Shown here one piece after another: positions 23,418-34,817 of a stretch of DNA of 64,000 nucleotides. This DNA comes from Octopus bimaculoides (Eukaryota). A model generated the notes under the pieces. It had not been told where the DNA came from. It saw nothing but the letters and a program-made list of their open reading frames with translations, and made no database searches. The stretch is taken from the NCBI RefSeq assembly GCF_001194135.2, contig NC_069007.1, positions 22,135,724 to 22,199,723 of the forward strand, read 5' to 3'. How positions within the stretch are numbered: the first letter of the stretch is position 1; each line of letters starts with the position of its first letter. The translations under genes and the position numbers were made by a program.

Positions 23418-24655
23418 GTAACCAGTGCTTAGTTTCTTAATTTCAGTTCTAGTCTTGGAACCATGTTAGTCACTTCACCAAAGTGTCTGTGAAGAGGTAT
23501 TCATTCATTCATTCAAATTTCATTAAACAAAAGTTGTAGAGGAAGAATATAGCTACAAAATTTTTTTTTTTTAAACCCCATAAAATGCTATGATTAAAAT
23601 ATCTTTTGTGTGAATTGAAATAACATTGGAAAGAAACAAATGAATTTATTTGATAACCCAATGTGTTAATTGGCGATACACGTTTGCAAGCATGAAAACA
23701 ATGATGGAGGTTAAAGAGTGCATTTTGCACCAAAAGGCTAGTATGGGAATTTCTCTCCTGGTAACTACCACAGTAAAGTTTATTCTAAGGACATCCATAT
23801 TTAAGTGGGGATAAGTATTACATCCCCATATTAATACTGCTTCCGTCACTAATATATATTTCTCCATCTGGGCCTTTTGCCGAAATGGACACCCTATCTT
23901 TCTCTCATTACATTCTACCTCCACTCCCTCTTCCATTACTCACAATTACTCTGTAAAGTGGTTGGTGTTAGAAAAGGCATCTGATGGTAGAAATTATACC
24001 AGGCTTAAAATGTACGAGAGAAGTGATCTCCTAACCTGTTTAAGCAGATAACATCAAATAAATTGTGGCTCAGACTGTGATGATGCATCCAACCCATGCC
24101 AGCGAAGAAAAGCTGATGTAAAAATGAGTGATAATGAAGAATGTATAGACCAGGTTACTCATAAGGACTGAAGACATCTGGTTTGAGCATAAGACCAAAG
24201 AGGAGATTTTGGGGATACACTCCACTCATTTCTAGGATAATCATTCAATACAGAATAATGTTTGTTGGTTGCTGTTATTGTGCTGAACCCCTGACTGTAT
24301 CAGAGGTTATAATTTAGAGACTTCCATCTCTTGATAGGGGACAAAGATCACTTACCTACATAAATGTTATTGGCAGACACCTGCTACATGAAATTGAGGA
24401 GCAGAGACAGGTGTCTTGACATAGAAGAGGTACATAGGGGTATCAAGGATGGTGGAGATGAGGTGTCAGGGTGGATACACACACACAGAAATTCTTTTCT
24501 CCTCATTTCTATAAAAACCACCATTTTCTTCAGCATCCTTTTTTCCCTTTCTTGTAATTTGTCCTCATAATACCCTCCTCCTCCATTGCCCTTGTGGCAA
24601 ATAGAAAATAACTGCCATTCTTTTTATTTGTTAATTGAAATTTTTTTTCTTCCAG

Positions 24656-24721
24656 ACTTTTTATGATGAGGAGGATGAACCTAGTTTTTATATGCCCCCA
24701 ATTTTTAGACCTGACAAAGAG
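24656..24721 (+). CDS. CNOT2: CNOT2 exon (TFYDEEDEPSFYMPPIFRPDKE)
   Basis: TTTTCTTCCAG acceptor and GAG|GTAAGA donor; resembles human DYHDENMYY...HRSEKD; phase 0/0. Confidence 0.85.
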
Positions 24722-25086
24722 GTAAGATTTCTTCTGAACATTTAAATAGTTTTTAAAATGGCATTCATTTAACAACCAACATAGTTGTAAAAAAAAATCT
24801 TTATTTAAAAAGCCTTTTGTTAGGAAAGCAATGCAATGAATTTACTTAATAACATTTATTAAAGCTGTTTTCGTAACCAAGAGGGAAATTTTGGGGGAGA
24901 GGACTAGTGGATTGCATTGGCCCCCAGTGTTTTGCTGGTTCTTAATTTATTGATCCTGAAAGCATTTTGCCCAGCGTGCTAACAATTCTGCCAGCTCATC
25001 ACCTTAATAATTATAATAATGATAATAGTAGTTTTGGTACTTGCTGTGTTGATTTAGAATTTAAGTTTCATTTCTCTTTACAACAG

Positions 25087-25147
25087 GTTTTGACATCACA
25101 ATCCCCATCACAGTTATCTACATTAACAAGTCACTTTTATAACCAGA
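25087..25147 (+). CDS. CNOT2: CNOT2 exon (VLTSQSPSQLSTLTSHFYNQ)
   Basis: ACAG acceptor and GTAAGT donor; resembles human MLASPSTSGQLSQFGASLYGQQ; phase 0/1. Confidence 0.85.
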
Positions 25148-27005
25148 GTAAGTGGTTTTATAATAGTTTATTATTGATTCTCTTAGTGTTATTGTTGTTT
25201 AGTCTTAGGTTAGTCCTGATTGAGTAGATCTGTGATCAAAGGCTTCCAGCCATGACCATCTGGTCTGTTTTGTTGAGACATTATTCTCTGATTAAAGTTT
25301 TCTCTACAGATTGTCTATAGAAATTAGAGCCAGCAATGTAAGCATTGCAATCAAAGATAGAAACATCAGTGTTGGCTTGAATTTCTATGGAAAACCATAA
25401 TTGAATAGCATTGTTAACACAGGTGGGGCCGCAGGGTTGACTTACAAGCCTTTAATGTGCTCGGTAGTATATTATGGTTGCATAATGAAATACGGTGTCC
25501 TTACAAGCAATTAATATTATTCCCGGAGTTCTTTTCTCAGCCATTTGCATGTGATTTGAGGGGTATTTCGGCTGCTATTGTCAGCAGTTTAAGTGACCTC
25601 TTAGTCCAGACATTTTCGAATTTTTTTTTTTTTTTGAGTAATGGGTCACATAGGATTTGTTATCATGAGGTGGACCATCATCATCATCGTTTAACACCCA
25701 CCTTCCATGCAGGCGTGGGTTGGACGGTTTGACCAGAGCTGGCTTGGTAGAAGGCTGCACCAGGCTTCAGTGTCTTTTTTGGCATGGTTTTTATGGCTGG
25801 ATGCCCTTCTGAACACCAACCACCGAGCAGAGTGTATTGAGTGCTTTTTACATGGCACCAGCACAGGCGAGGTCAGTTTTGGCATGGTTTTTACAGCTGG
25901 ATGCCCTTCCTAATGCCAACCACTTCACAGTGTTTGACTGTGCCATTCAGAAAGTCCCAGAAGCTGTAGTTTGCCCCTGACTGACTTAGAAGCTCCTTCA
26001 TTGGCTTGTTGTCATATTCTGATTTAGTAAAGTTTGTGTGTTGTAGGATGTGAGGACTCTGAAGTTTCATCTGTAAAAACACAGCTTTTAACCAAATTTG
26101 ATGGTATGTAAGACACTTTTTTCCCCTCGAAAAATTCACCCCAGGTCCTCTATGTGAAGCTTGGTCTATGTTATATGCTTCAATGTATTAAAAACGTTTT
26201 CACCTGCTGAAATTGAGGATGCATTTAATCTTTCCATGTGTGTTTTATACCATGAGATATGGTGTATATATATATATATATACATATACACAATGTATAT
26301 AAGACACCTTTGCTATATGTAGCAGAGATTGAACTCTCCACTTTTATGTGCGTCATTGTCTGCAAACACCTTTATTATCCACAAGGCCAACGAGACAGCA
26401 ACATATATAAATACACTTATAATATTTGATAAATGATATTTTCTAAAGTAAAAATATATTTCAAAAAATTAAATAATATTTAAACCAGCACTGGTTTTGG
26501 TGCCACATAAAAAGCACTCAGTACATTGTGTAAAGTGACTGGTGTTATGAAGGGCATCCAGCCATAGAAACCATGACAAAACAGACATTGGAACCTGGTG
26601 CCAACCCATGCTAGAATGGAAGATGGACATGGAATGATGATGATGATCTTATAGTATGATGGACAAATGAGGTTTCAATTGATCAGCTTCAACATTTAGT
26701 ACTAATATATACAGTTACAGTCATGGCTGTGTGGTTAAAAAGGTTGCTTTGTAACCATGTGGTTTTGGGTTCAGTCCTACTGTGCTACACCTTCAGTAGT
26801 GAAGTGTCATGGGCTGACCCTGTGACACAGTTTGGTCCAGCTGTTTTGTTGCTGATGATTTGATATGACTGACTATTTTTTAAAAACCTTGTGCATTGTT
26901 AGAAGCTTTCCTTATTTCTCATTTTATTCATTTTTCTTGTGTAAAGTATAAATATTGGTAATACAGTGTCTTTATTATATTATGTTTTTTTTCCCTTCCC
27001 GCCAG

Positions 27006-27074
27006 TGAAATATACGAACACGATGCCCTTGTCAAACCCTAATACAGACTGGATGTCACAAAATGGATGGCCTG
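27006..27074 (+). CDS. CNOT2: CNOT2 exon (MKYTNTMPLSNPNTDWMSQNGWP)
   Basis: Pyrimidine tract + CCAG acceptor and GTTTGT donor; open in phase 1/1 and bridges its neighbours. Little recognisable similarity to the human protein. Confidence 0.7.
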
Positions 27075-27405
27075 GTTTGTAAAAAGAACTTTTTTTTTTA
27101 TTCTAGTCTGTTTTATTGTTGTTTATTAGCTCACATGTAATCCTATCCGTTGTCAGCCATTCAACTGTGACTCGGGTCATGTACCAGTTAATGATAGGTT
27201 ACACAAGACAGTAGAAAATCTGCTTTGACTCTGCTTCACCCATACAGCATAGAAAAGTACATTAAAATGATTGTGTTTAATGAAATTTAATTTTTTTTCA
27301 AATCTTTAAATAAAATAGAAAAGAACAATAGATAACTTTCTTGTTCATGCAGATGAATTAGATATTATAGAATTATAATTGCTGACTTAATTTCTTTGTT
27401 TTTAG

Positions 27406-27547
27406 ATCTCAACAGTTCACAGATGCCTCCTCGAAGTCTAGGTGGCTCACAGTTTCCACGCACTAATCAGGGTCATGTTACACCAACAAATATAAACCCG
27501 AACTTTTCTTTAGGTCTACCACCATTGACGCAAGCGTCCCCAAGCAG
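27406..27547 (+). CDS. CNOT2: CNOT2 exon (DLNSSQMPPR...GHVTPT...ASPSR)
   Basis: TTTAG acceptor and AG|GTAAAA donor; the HVTPT and SPSR motifs match CNOT2; phase 1/2. Confidence 0.9.
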
Positions 27548-27893
27548 GTAAAATTTATTGGCTTTTCTCCTTGTCATATACACATTTTATTATTTACTGT
27601 TACTTTAACATCAAGGTCCCTTGCTTTCCACCACCGTCATTGAAACCTCAAAGCTACGAGATAATACAGGATTAATTCAAAACAATGTGAATAAATAATC
27701 ATTACATTTGACAGAGGAATCTGAATGCTAAAGGGTTAAAGGATTAACAGTGGGAGAGGGTGTGTTTGATAAATGAAAGATAAGCTTGGGGGTGGGGATC
27801 ATTTCTAATGGGGTTAAGTAGTCTTTATCTCAGTTCCCACCCTTTTTAGGTCTTATGCAACTTTTCTCTTCTAAAAACATCCCTCTTTTTCAG

Positions 27894-28001
27894 GAGCTTA
27901 ATTTCAAGTATTGGTCATCGGAACCTTCTTGGGCAAACACAAAGCAACCAATCAATAACGGGTTTACAGAAGCGGTCATCCATATCTTCTGCTCTTGGAA
28001 A
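27894..28001 (+). CDS. CNOT2: CNOT2 exon (SLISSIGHRNLLGQ...SSALG)
   Basis: TTTTTCAG acceptor and GTAAGT donor; resembles human GILPMNPRNMM...SSSGLG; phase 2/2. Confidence 0.85.
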
Positions 28002-28969
28002 GTAAGTGCCATTATCATCATCATCATAATTGTTATTTTAGTGTTCACCTTTTATGATTGCATGGGTCAAACTGAATTTGTTCAAAATGGATATTTTATT
28101 GCCAACTCACACCTGTTTCTAAGCAAGGTTACATATCTCCATGACTAAAGTACATTTTCACAGAAGATTGGAAATGATAGATGCTTGCATGATGGTGACA
28201 CTCACCTGCAACTATCATTCAATATTGCAACAAGGAGAGAGCTACTGGGCTGCTTCCAGTTTTGCTGCTGACCAAATCCACTCACTAGGAATTGGTTGAC
28301 CAGGGGTATAGTAGAACGTACTTGCCCTACATACTACACAGTAGGACTGAACCCCAAACCAGGTGGTTGGGGAACAAACTTCTTATCATGCAGCTACACC
28401 TGTACGTTTATTGAACCAAGAATATTTTTTGAAGGTTTATTAGCATTTTAGCTAAATTGAAATTGATATATATGTATATAATGTAGCATCCAGCCCACAC
28501 TGTAAAGTGGTTGGCATTTGGAAGGGCTAAAACAGAGACCTCACCTGTGCTGGTGCCATGTAAAAAGCACTCAGTCCACTCTGCAGGGGGGTTGGTGTTA
28601 GGAAGAGCATCCAGCTGTAGAAACACTGCCAAAACAGTAAAGCCTGGTGCAATCTTCTACCCTGGTAGCTCCCGTCCAACCCATGCCAGCATGGAAAACA
28701 TATGTTAAATGATATATATATACACACACACACATATACATGTACCAGCATATAATGTATATAAAACCTGTTCGTTACTATATTTTGAGATGATTGTTAA
28801 TTTGTATTATTTTTTGTCTGAAAGCAGTTCAAATTACTGGTCATTTCAGGTGGTTTAACACTATATCGTGGAAAGATTTGAGACATGTTGGTAATGAAAG
28901 GGTTAATATTTAAACATTTCATATTTAGCAACTTTTCTTTTACTTAATTAATCTTTGTATTATCTCTAG

Positions 28970-29025
28970 CTCCAGCAATCCTATTACGAGTATATCTGGA
29001 TCTTTTGGGTTATCACAAGCTAGAG
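28970..29025 (+). CDS. CNOT2: CNOT2 exon (SSNPITSISGSFGLSQAR)
   Basis: CTCTAG acceptor (alternative CAG 6 nt downstream) and GAG|GTAAAT donor; phase 2/1. Confidence 0.75.
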
Positions 29026-30256
29026 GTAAATATCATCTGTGTTTGAATATCTTTGCACACAACATAGCTTTACAGTTATTCCTTTCTACTTCACCTTGAA
29101 AAAAAAATCTCTCTCACATCTGCCATACAATACAAACATGTAAAACTTCAATTCTGTAAACATTTATTTCAGAAAATAAAATAAGAAGGAAGCTACTTGT
29201 TCTACCTTCTAACATGATATAATCAGGGACCTCATTTTCACCCTAAATGCATCAGAATATCATAGTCATCTTTAAGTATCTGCAATTATAATAATGGAAG
29301 TTCTAGACCAGTGGTTCCCAAGCTTTTTGTACTCATGGTGCACCTTACAAGAAGCCAAAATATTTTGGCGCACTTAGTACATAAATTCTAAAACTTATTC
29401 AAAAGGGTTTTCAATATTGGGACGTATTTGAGAAAGACAAACCCCCATTTCTTCTTCGATGCAACAGAGACTTTAGCTTTTATCTTTTGGAGTTGATGAA
29501 ATAAGGCTCTGAAAGTACCTGTGGTGTACTGGGGTCAGTATCATCAACCACCCCTCCTCTCAAAATTGCCGGCCTTGTGCTAAAATTATTCATTAACACT
29601 TTTATAACGAAGTTAAAGGTGCTGAAGGACTGGATTCTTACTTTGCTGAATCCATTGTGTTATAGGTTAATAAATTACTCTAATTATCTCAGTTTTTCTA
29701 CATATTCAATTAGTCAAGAAGGTAGTGGTTGACTTTTAGAAGACCTTCAGTTATAAATCAAATTTTTCTAGTTTACAAAATTTTCATAAATCAAAAAGTT
29801 GTAAGATTTGAACTTATGATCCTGTGATTATTAGCTAAACCAGTTATTCTCAACATTTTCAATAATAATGGTTTCAAATTTTGGCACAAGGCTAACAAGT
29901 TCAGTTGGGTGGGGTTGTTGATTAAATCAACCCCAGTGTTCAACTGGTATTCAATTTATTGATCCTGAAAGGATGAAAGGCAAAGTTGACCTCGGTGGAA
30001 TTTGAACTCAGAGCGTAAAACTGGATGAAATGTTGTGAAGCATGTTGCCCAGCTCAATATAAAATATTTTGGTGCACGTCTTTTGGTTCACCCTGTATCT
30101 ATAGAAGGAAGACTGTCAAGAGTCCTTGGAGGGGTGCTTGAGGGCCATATGTGGCCCTGGGAGCTGTGGTTGAGAACTGCTAGGCTTAAACACTGTCACT
30201 CAATCATCATGTCCCGTACTGAGTTGGTCCCTAAACTGAACTTCTGTTTCTTTCAG

Positions 30257-30355
30257 CTGGAGAAAATTCACAACCCAGCTTGGATTTATCTGAATTTCCT
30301 ACTCTCGGAAATCGGGCAGTTCCATCAAATCCTGTTCCATCTGCCAGGAGTTATG
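30257..30355 (+). CDS. CNOT2: CNOT2 exon (GENSQPSLDLSEFPTLGNR...RSY)
   Basis: TTTCAG acceptor and GTAAGC donor; LDLSEFPTL matches human LDLSDFPAL; phase 1/1. Confidence 0.93.
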
Positions 30356-30816
30356 GTAAGCTGGCATGTTAGTTATCAATTTCTTAATTTATTTTTAACA
30401 CTTACTTTTCATTGCTCCTCCATCATCAATCACCTGTCTCTGCTGCCACCATCAACCAGCCATCAGTTCCAAAAATCTTAAATTCCATCATATCCCTCAT
30501 ACAGTGAGTAAATGCGAGTAGCAGTTACTGCACCCCCATCACATGCTTTTGCTGCAAAAAACAATGAGAATTGTGATTGATAGTTCAGTGTTTGTTTGTA
30601 ATTATTTGCTGTTTTAGAAGTTTGGAAATTTCTTTTGTGTTTGTTTTCATTTTGTCTGCCAGTTGTTTTAACCCTGTCATCCTGTGTGTCTGCTAAAGTG
30701 GGAATTAATGAAACCATTGATTCCCACTGTAGCAGAATCTGTTGGATTCATTACTGTTTAGCTGTATTTTGCAACTATTAATTTTCTTTTGCTTGGGAGC
30801 CAGTGGACGTTAGTGA

Positions 30817-31485
30817 TAGGTGGCCCACATAAAGTTGAAATTTCTCTGTTTTGACGGATTTTTCAGTTTATTTTCTCAATGATCTGGAGCATCTTTTTGA
30901 AAAATATTTTTCTTCTTTTGGAAAATGGTCCCCCCCCTCTTCCCCTCTTTAGACCGATTTTGATCGATTTTGTGGGCGCTATGCATTTAAAAGGTCTTGG
31001 AGAAGCCTTTTTGATTGAAAAAAGAAAAAAAAGTAAATATTTTCAGATAAAAAGGTGTGATTAAAGGGAGATTTGGCTGTTGTTTCTAGCATATCCCATG
31101 ACCACCTTGTTTCTTTCTCACTCCGACAAGTATTGATGTTTCTCAATATTTTTTCCCCATTAATAGCATAAACTCGTGTTATTAAAAAATTTTTTGAAAA
31201 TTTGATTTTTATCAACCCTAGAAACAACAGCCAAATCTCCCTTAAATCGCACACTTTTGCATCTGAAAAATTTTTTTTTTTTTTTTTTTTCACCAAAAAG
31301 GCTTCTATAGTTTTTTAGCACATAGTGCCCACGAAATTGGTTTGGCATAGGGAAGGTGGGGAGGAGTTTTATACAAAGAACATTAAAAGTTTTTTTAAAA
31401 GATGCTCTAGATCACAGGTCCTGTGAAACAAAATCTGAAAAATTCCTGTCAAAATGGAGAAATTCCAACTTAAGTGGGCCACCTA
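30817..31485. mobile_element. Foldback-like element with ~270-bp imperfect inverted arms
   Basis: TAGGTGGCCCAC.TAA.GTTG.AATTTCTC..TTTTGAC is inverted at both ends, and the inner arms GGGAGATTTGGCTGTTGTTTCTAG are also inverted. Confidence 0.75.
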
Positions 31486-32379
31486 GGTCTGAGTGGGTTA
31501 AGAAGTGTGAAGTTTTGTTCTTGGAATGGGTTTCATACAGTTTTCATTTCACTTACAAGGCATTGGTTGGTCAAGTCAAGGTTACAGTAACAGACACTTG
31601 TCCAAGGTGTTGCACAACCTGGTTAAACCTGAAACCATGTGGTTTTGAAGTGGACTTCTTGACCATATAGTCATGCCTGCATCTTGTTCTGCTGTAGAGA
31701 AGAAAATCTTTTTCATCAATGCACAATATATATGTACTGCAACACACAGTTTGTTATCTGCTGACCTTTTGCTAAAATTTGAAGCCATTTAGTAGATGTT
31801 GTTGCTTATTTTGTAGTCTTGCATGGCCATCTGTTTGATGTATTAAAGTAATTTCTGCTTTTCTCTATTTCTGATTTGATGTTCTTACTAAAGTAGTAAA
31901 TAGCAATCTGACATATGTCACATCACATTTTCTTTTATAGTTTTTACTGTATTTTGACTCTTACCATGTTACGTTTAGTGTTCTCATATTTAAAAATATA
32001 CACATTTCCTTCAATTAGGATTGAACTCGAGTATCATTGTAATTTAACATTTGTTTTCCATGCTGGCCTGGGTTGGAGGGTTTGACTGTAGCCCCAATTG
32101 TTTGTTTTGGTATGTTTTCTATCACTAGATGCTCTTCCTAATGCCAACCACTTTACAGCGTGTACTGGTTGCTTTCATGGGGTGCCTTTGTATGTTGCAC
32201 CAGCACTGGTGCCTATAATGTGACGCCAGCTTGGATGCTTTTTACATGGCACACTCCACAGATCCAGTCGTTTTCACCAAATCTCTTCTCTTAAATGTTT
32301 CAAAACATCACAGCAGAACCCTTTATGATCTCATCCCTGAGGGATGAGCCCTCAATTCACAATGCCACATTTCTAAGAG

Positions 32380-32480
32380 TGATGCTTGTGACAGGCCTTC
32401 TAGGGACAGTCTTCTGCTTTTGAAGCCCCTGTGCCACTCAAAACATTATGTATCCTCAGCATAGCCATTGTCTAATAACA
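32380..32480 (-). mobile_element. Mariner transposase N-terminal fragment
   Basis: The minus strand gives frameshifted pieces resembling FEWHxxFKxGRxSLEDDxRxGRPxTS. Confidence 0.4.
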
Positions 32481-32653
32481 GCTTCGGCTGTGTATGTGTA
32501 GCTCCCTTAAACTTGTGTTGAATAAGGGCCAGTGGTTTTAATAACCATTGATAAGTTTGTTACCATAAATTTCTCTCGGGCCTTCTGTATTTGTGTGTGA
32601 GCATTTGTCTGAAGAAATGTGAAACAATTGACTTTTTTTTCTCTCTCATTCAG

Positions 32654-32740
32654 TTGGAATGGTAAACAAACCTGTTCAAGAACAAACACCAGAGTTCCAA
32701 ATTCAACAAGAAGATTTTCCAGCATTACCTGGCTCTCAGA
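32654..32740 (+). CDS. CNOT2: CNOT2 exon (VGMVNKPVQEQTPEFQIQQEDFPALPGSQ)
   Basis: ATTCAG acceptor and GTATGT donor; matches human VGMVTKP...NEDFPALPGS. Confidence 0.95.
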
Positions 32741-33363
32741 GTATGTTTAACCTTTTTTGTTTCTTATATCTTTCTTCCTTCCCTCACCCCTGCTCTCTCT
32801 CTCTCTCTCTCTCATTCTGCTCATTGTCTTTTAATGTCTTCCTCATTTCTTCTTCCCCCTTCACCTCTCTCTGTTTGCTTCCCCCTCTCCCTTTCTACTT
32901 ATCTCTGTTATTTTCTTTTTGTCCTGTTTTTTTTTCTTTCATTTATACTTCTCTACCTCTGATTGCTTTCAACATTTTAAGTTTAGAACTTGAGTATGTC
33001 TCTATATGTGTCCAGGAAATATGCTGTTAGAAATTTCACCTTAGATAAAGCATATTATATCAACATTTAAAAAAAATATATATATAAAGTCTTTATTTAG
33101 TGTCAAACATTTAACAAACATGATGGTCATTTAGAATGTAGTATATATATATATCAATAAATAAATTCAATAAGTAAATTACAACCACTCCTGAATACAT
33201 AACTAAACAGCGACAACAAAAGTCATACAAAAATTATAATCCCTACTGTCTTCGACTGTGTGTGTATGAATGTTTTCTATTGGATATTTTAATTATTGAT
33301 CCTGTAGATCAAACCTAATTATCTCCTGTCTGTTTTCCTTTTGCCTTCCCTCATTTCTGTTAG

Positions 33364-33404
33364 ATCCACCTGTGTCAACGACAAATGATTTTTCACGAAA
33401 AACT
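33364..33404 (+). CDS. CNOT2: CNOT2 exon (NPPVSTTNDFSRKT)
   Basis: TGTTAG acceptor and GTGAGT donor; phase 1/0 is required to keep the frame. Confidence 0.8.
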
Positions 33405-33922
33405 GTGAGTATACATGGTTTTATTTTAATTATTTGAAGTGTCTCCTGTTGTTTACTTACTTTTGCAGGATGGTGTTAAGAGGAGGGTGTATAGTTACTT
33501 CCCAACCTTACTCTTCTATTTGTGGGGGCAGGACTTGAAACTAACTCTCAATTGTCTTGTGTTATGATTGAAACTTTCACTGTGAGATGTAGAAATTGCA
33601 GACATGTTCAACCCATTCTGACATGGAAAAATGTAGAGAATATATGAATGATGATTAAGACAGTGTATTTTGACATGTATGGTAACAAAGGGGTTAATGT
33701 AATTCTAGATGCTATGTTTGAGTAAAAGATGGGATGGACATGGCTGGAATGTCTGAGTAAAGGGTTCATGTAACTAGTAGCTGTAAAGGTAATTAGCTGA
33801 AGTATCCTTTTGTAAAGTTGGAGACCATTATATGAACCTTCCCCCTCCCCCTTGCCCTCCTGTAAAATTCTGTTGTTAATGAACCGTATAATGACTGTTT
33901 GTTATCTTGCTGTCTCTGTTAG

Positions 33923-34040
33923 CCAACCAGTTCAGTATCGGGAACATACGAGCAAGCTGTTAGTAAAGATGGTAATAAGTTCCAGGTTGAAAAAACATCC
34001 TGTACTAAACCTAACCGCGGTATACAAACACACCATGATG
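33923..34040 (+). CDS. CNOT2: CNOT2 exon (PTSSVSGTYEQ...NRGIQTHHD)
   Basis: TGTTAG acceptor and GTAAGT donor; RGIQ matches human KGIQVLPDG; phase 0/1. Confidence 0.88.
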
Positions 34041-34106
34041 GTAAGTTCATTCCTTCCTTCCTTTGTGTGTGAGAGAGTTTGAACTCCCAAAGCCTTTTGT
34101 TTAAGG

Positions 34107-34354
34107 CAGTGGTTCTCAACCCTTTTTTTTTTACCTTTGGACTCCTTTAATCCCTAATTTACTCAAGTGGATCCTCATAGCAATTCACTGTTTAAAAAAA
34201 ATCCTATTATAATTATATTTTGATAATTAAATGTTATTAGGAAGTGTATCAATGCAAATTAAAATATTTTGGTGAATTGTAAAAGTATGACCAACTTATT
34301 GGACATAATTTTTAACAACAAAGGGTCATGTGGACCCCTGGTTGAGAACCACTG
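34107..34354. mobile_element. hAT-type MITE
   Basis: TIRs CAGTGGTTCTCAACC / GGTTGAGAACCACTG; 8-bp flanks GTTTAAGG and GTTTGAAG match at 6/8 (likely TSD). Confidence 0.8.
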
Positions 34355-34660
34355 GTTTGAAGCTTTTGTTCTGTGTTCAAATACTGCTGAAATTGTCTTT
34401 ATATTGTATCCATCCTAGGTCTTTATGCTTAAGATAGTTTTCTTATTGATCCTGTAGATCAAACCTATTTATCTCCTGTTTGTTTTCTTTTTCTCTTCCC
34501 TAATTTTTGCTAGCTCCACCTGTATCGATGATAATGATATTTAAAAAAAAATTTTATCCACCCATATTTAGAAGCTGTACTTTAACAGTATTCTATAATG
34601 CATCCTTTTTTCTTTTCTCCCCTCCTCCTTTTTTTTTTTCTTTTTTTTGCTGTCTTTCAG

Positions 34661-34817
34661 GTACTGTGTCAAATATCCCCTCTGGAATGGTCACCGATCA
34701 GTTTGGAATTGTTGGGCTTCTGACATTCATCAGAGCTGCTGAAAATGATCCTAATCTAGTTGCTTTAGCTCCCGGAATAGATCTCACTACTCTAGGCCTT
34801 AATATGAATTCTCCTGA
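34661..34817 (+). CDS. CNOT2: CNOT2 exon (GTVSNIPSGMVTDQFGIVGLLTFIRAAE...LGLNMNSPE)
   Basis: Long pyrimidine tract + CAG acceptor and GTAAGT donor; highly conserved CNOT2 segment. Confidence 0.97.

Noticed and set aside
30035-30481. 148-aa + strand ORF
   Set aside because: It overlaps the true CNOT2 exon 30257-30355 in a different frame and otherwise runs through repeat-derived intron.
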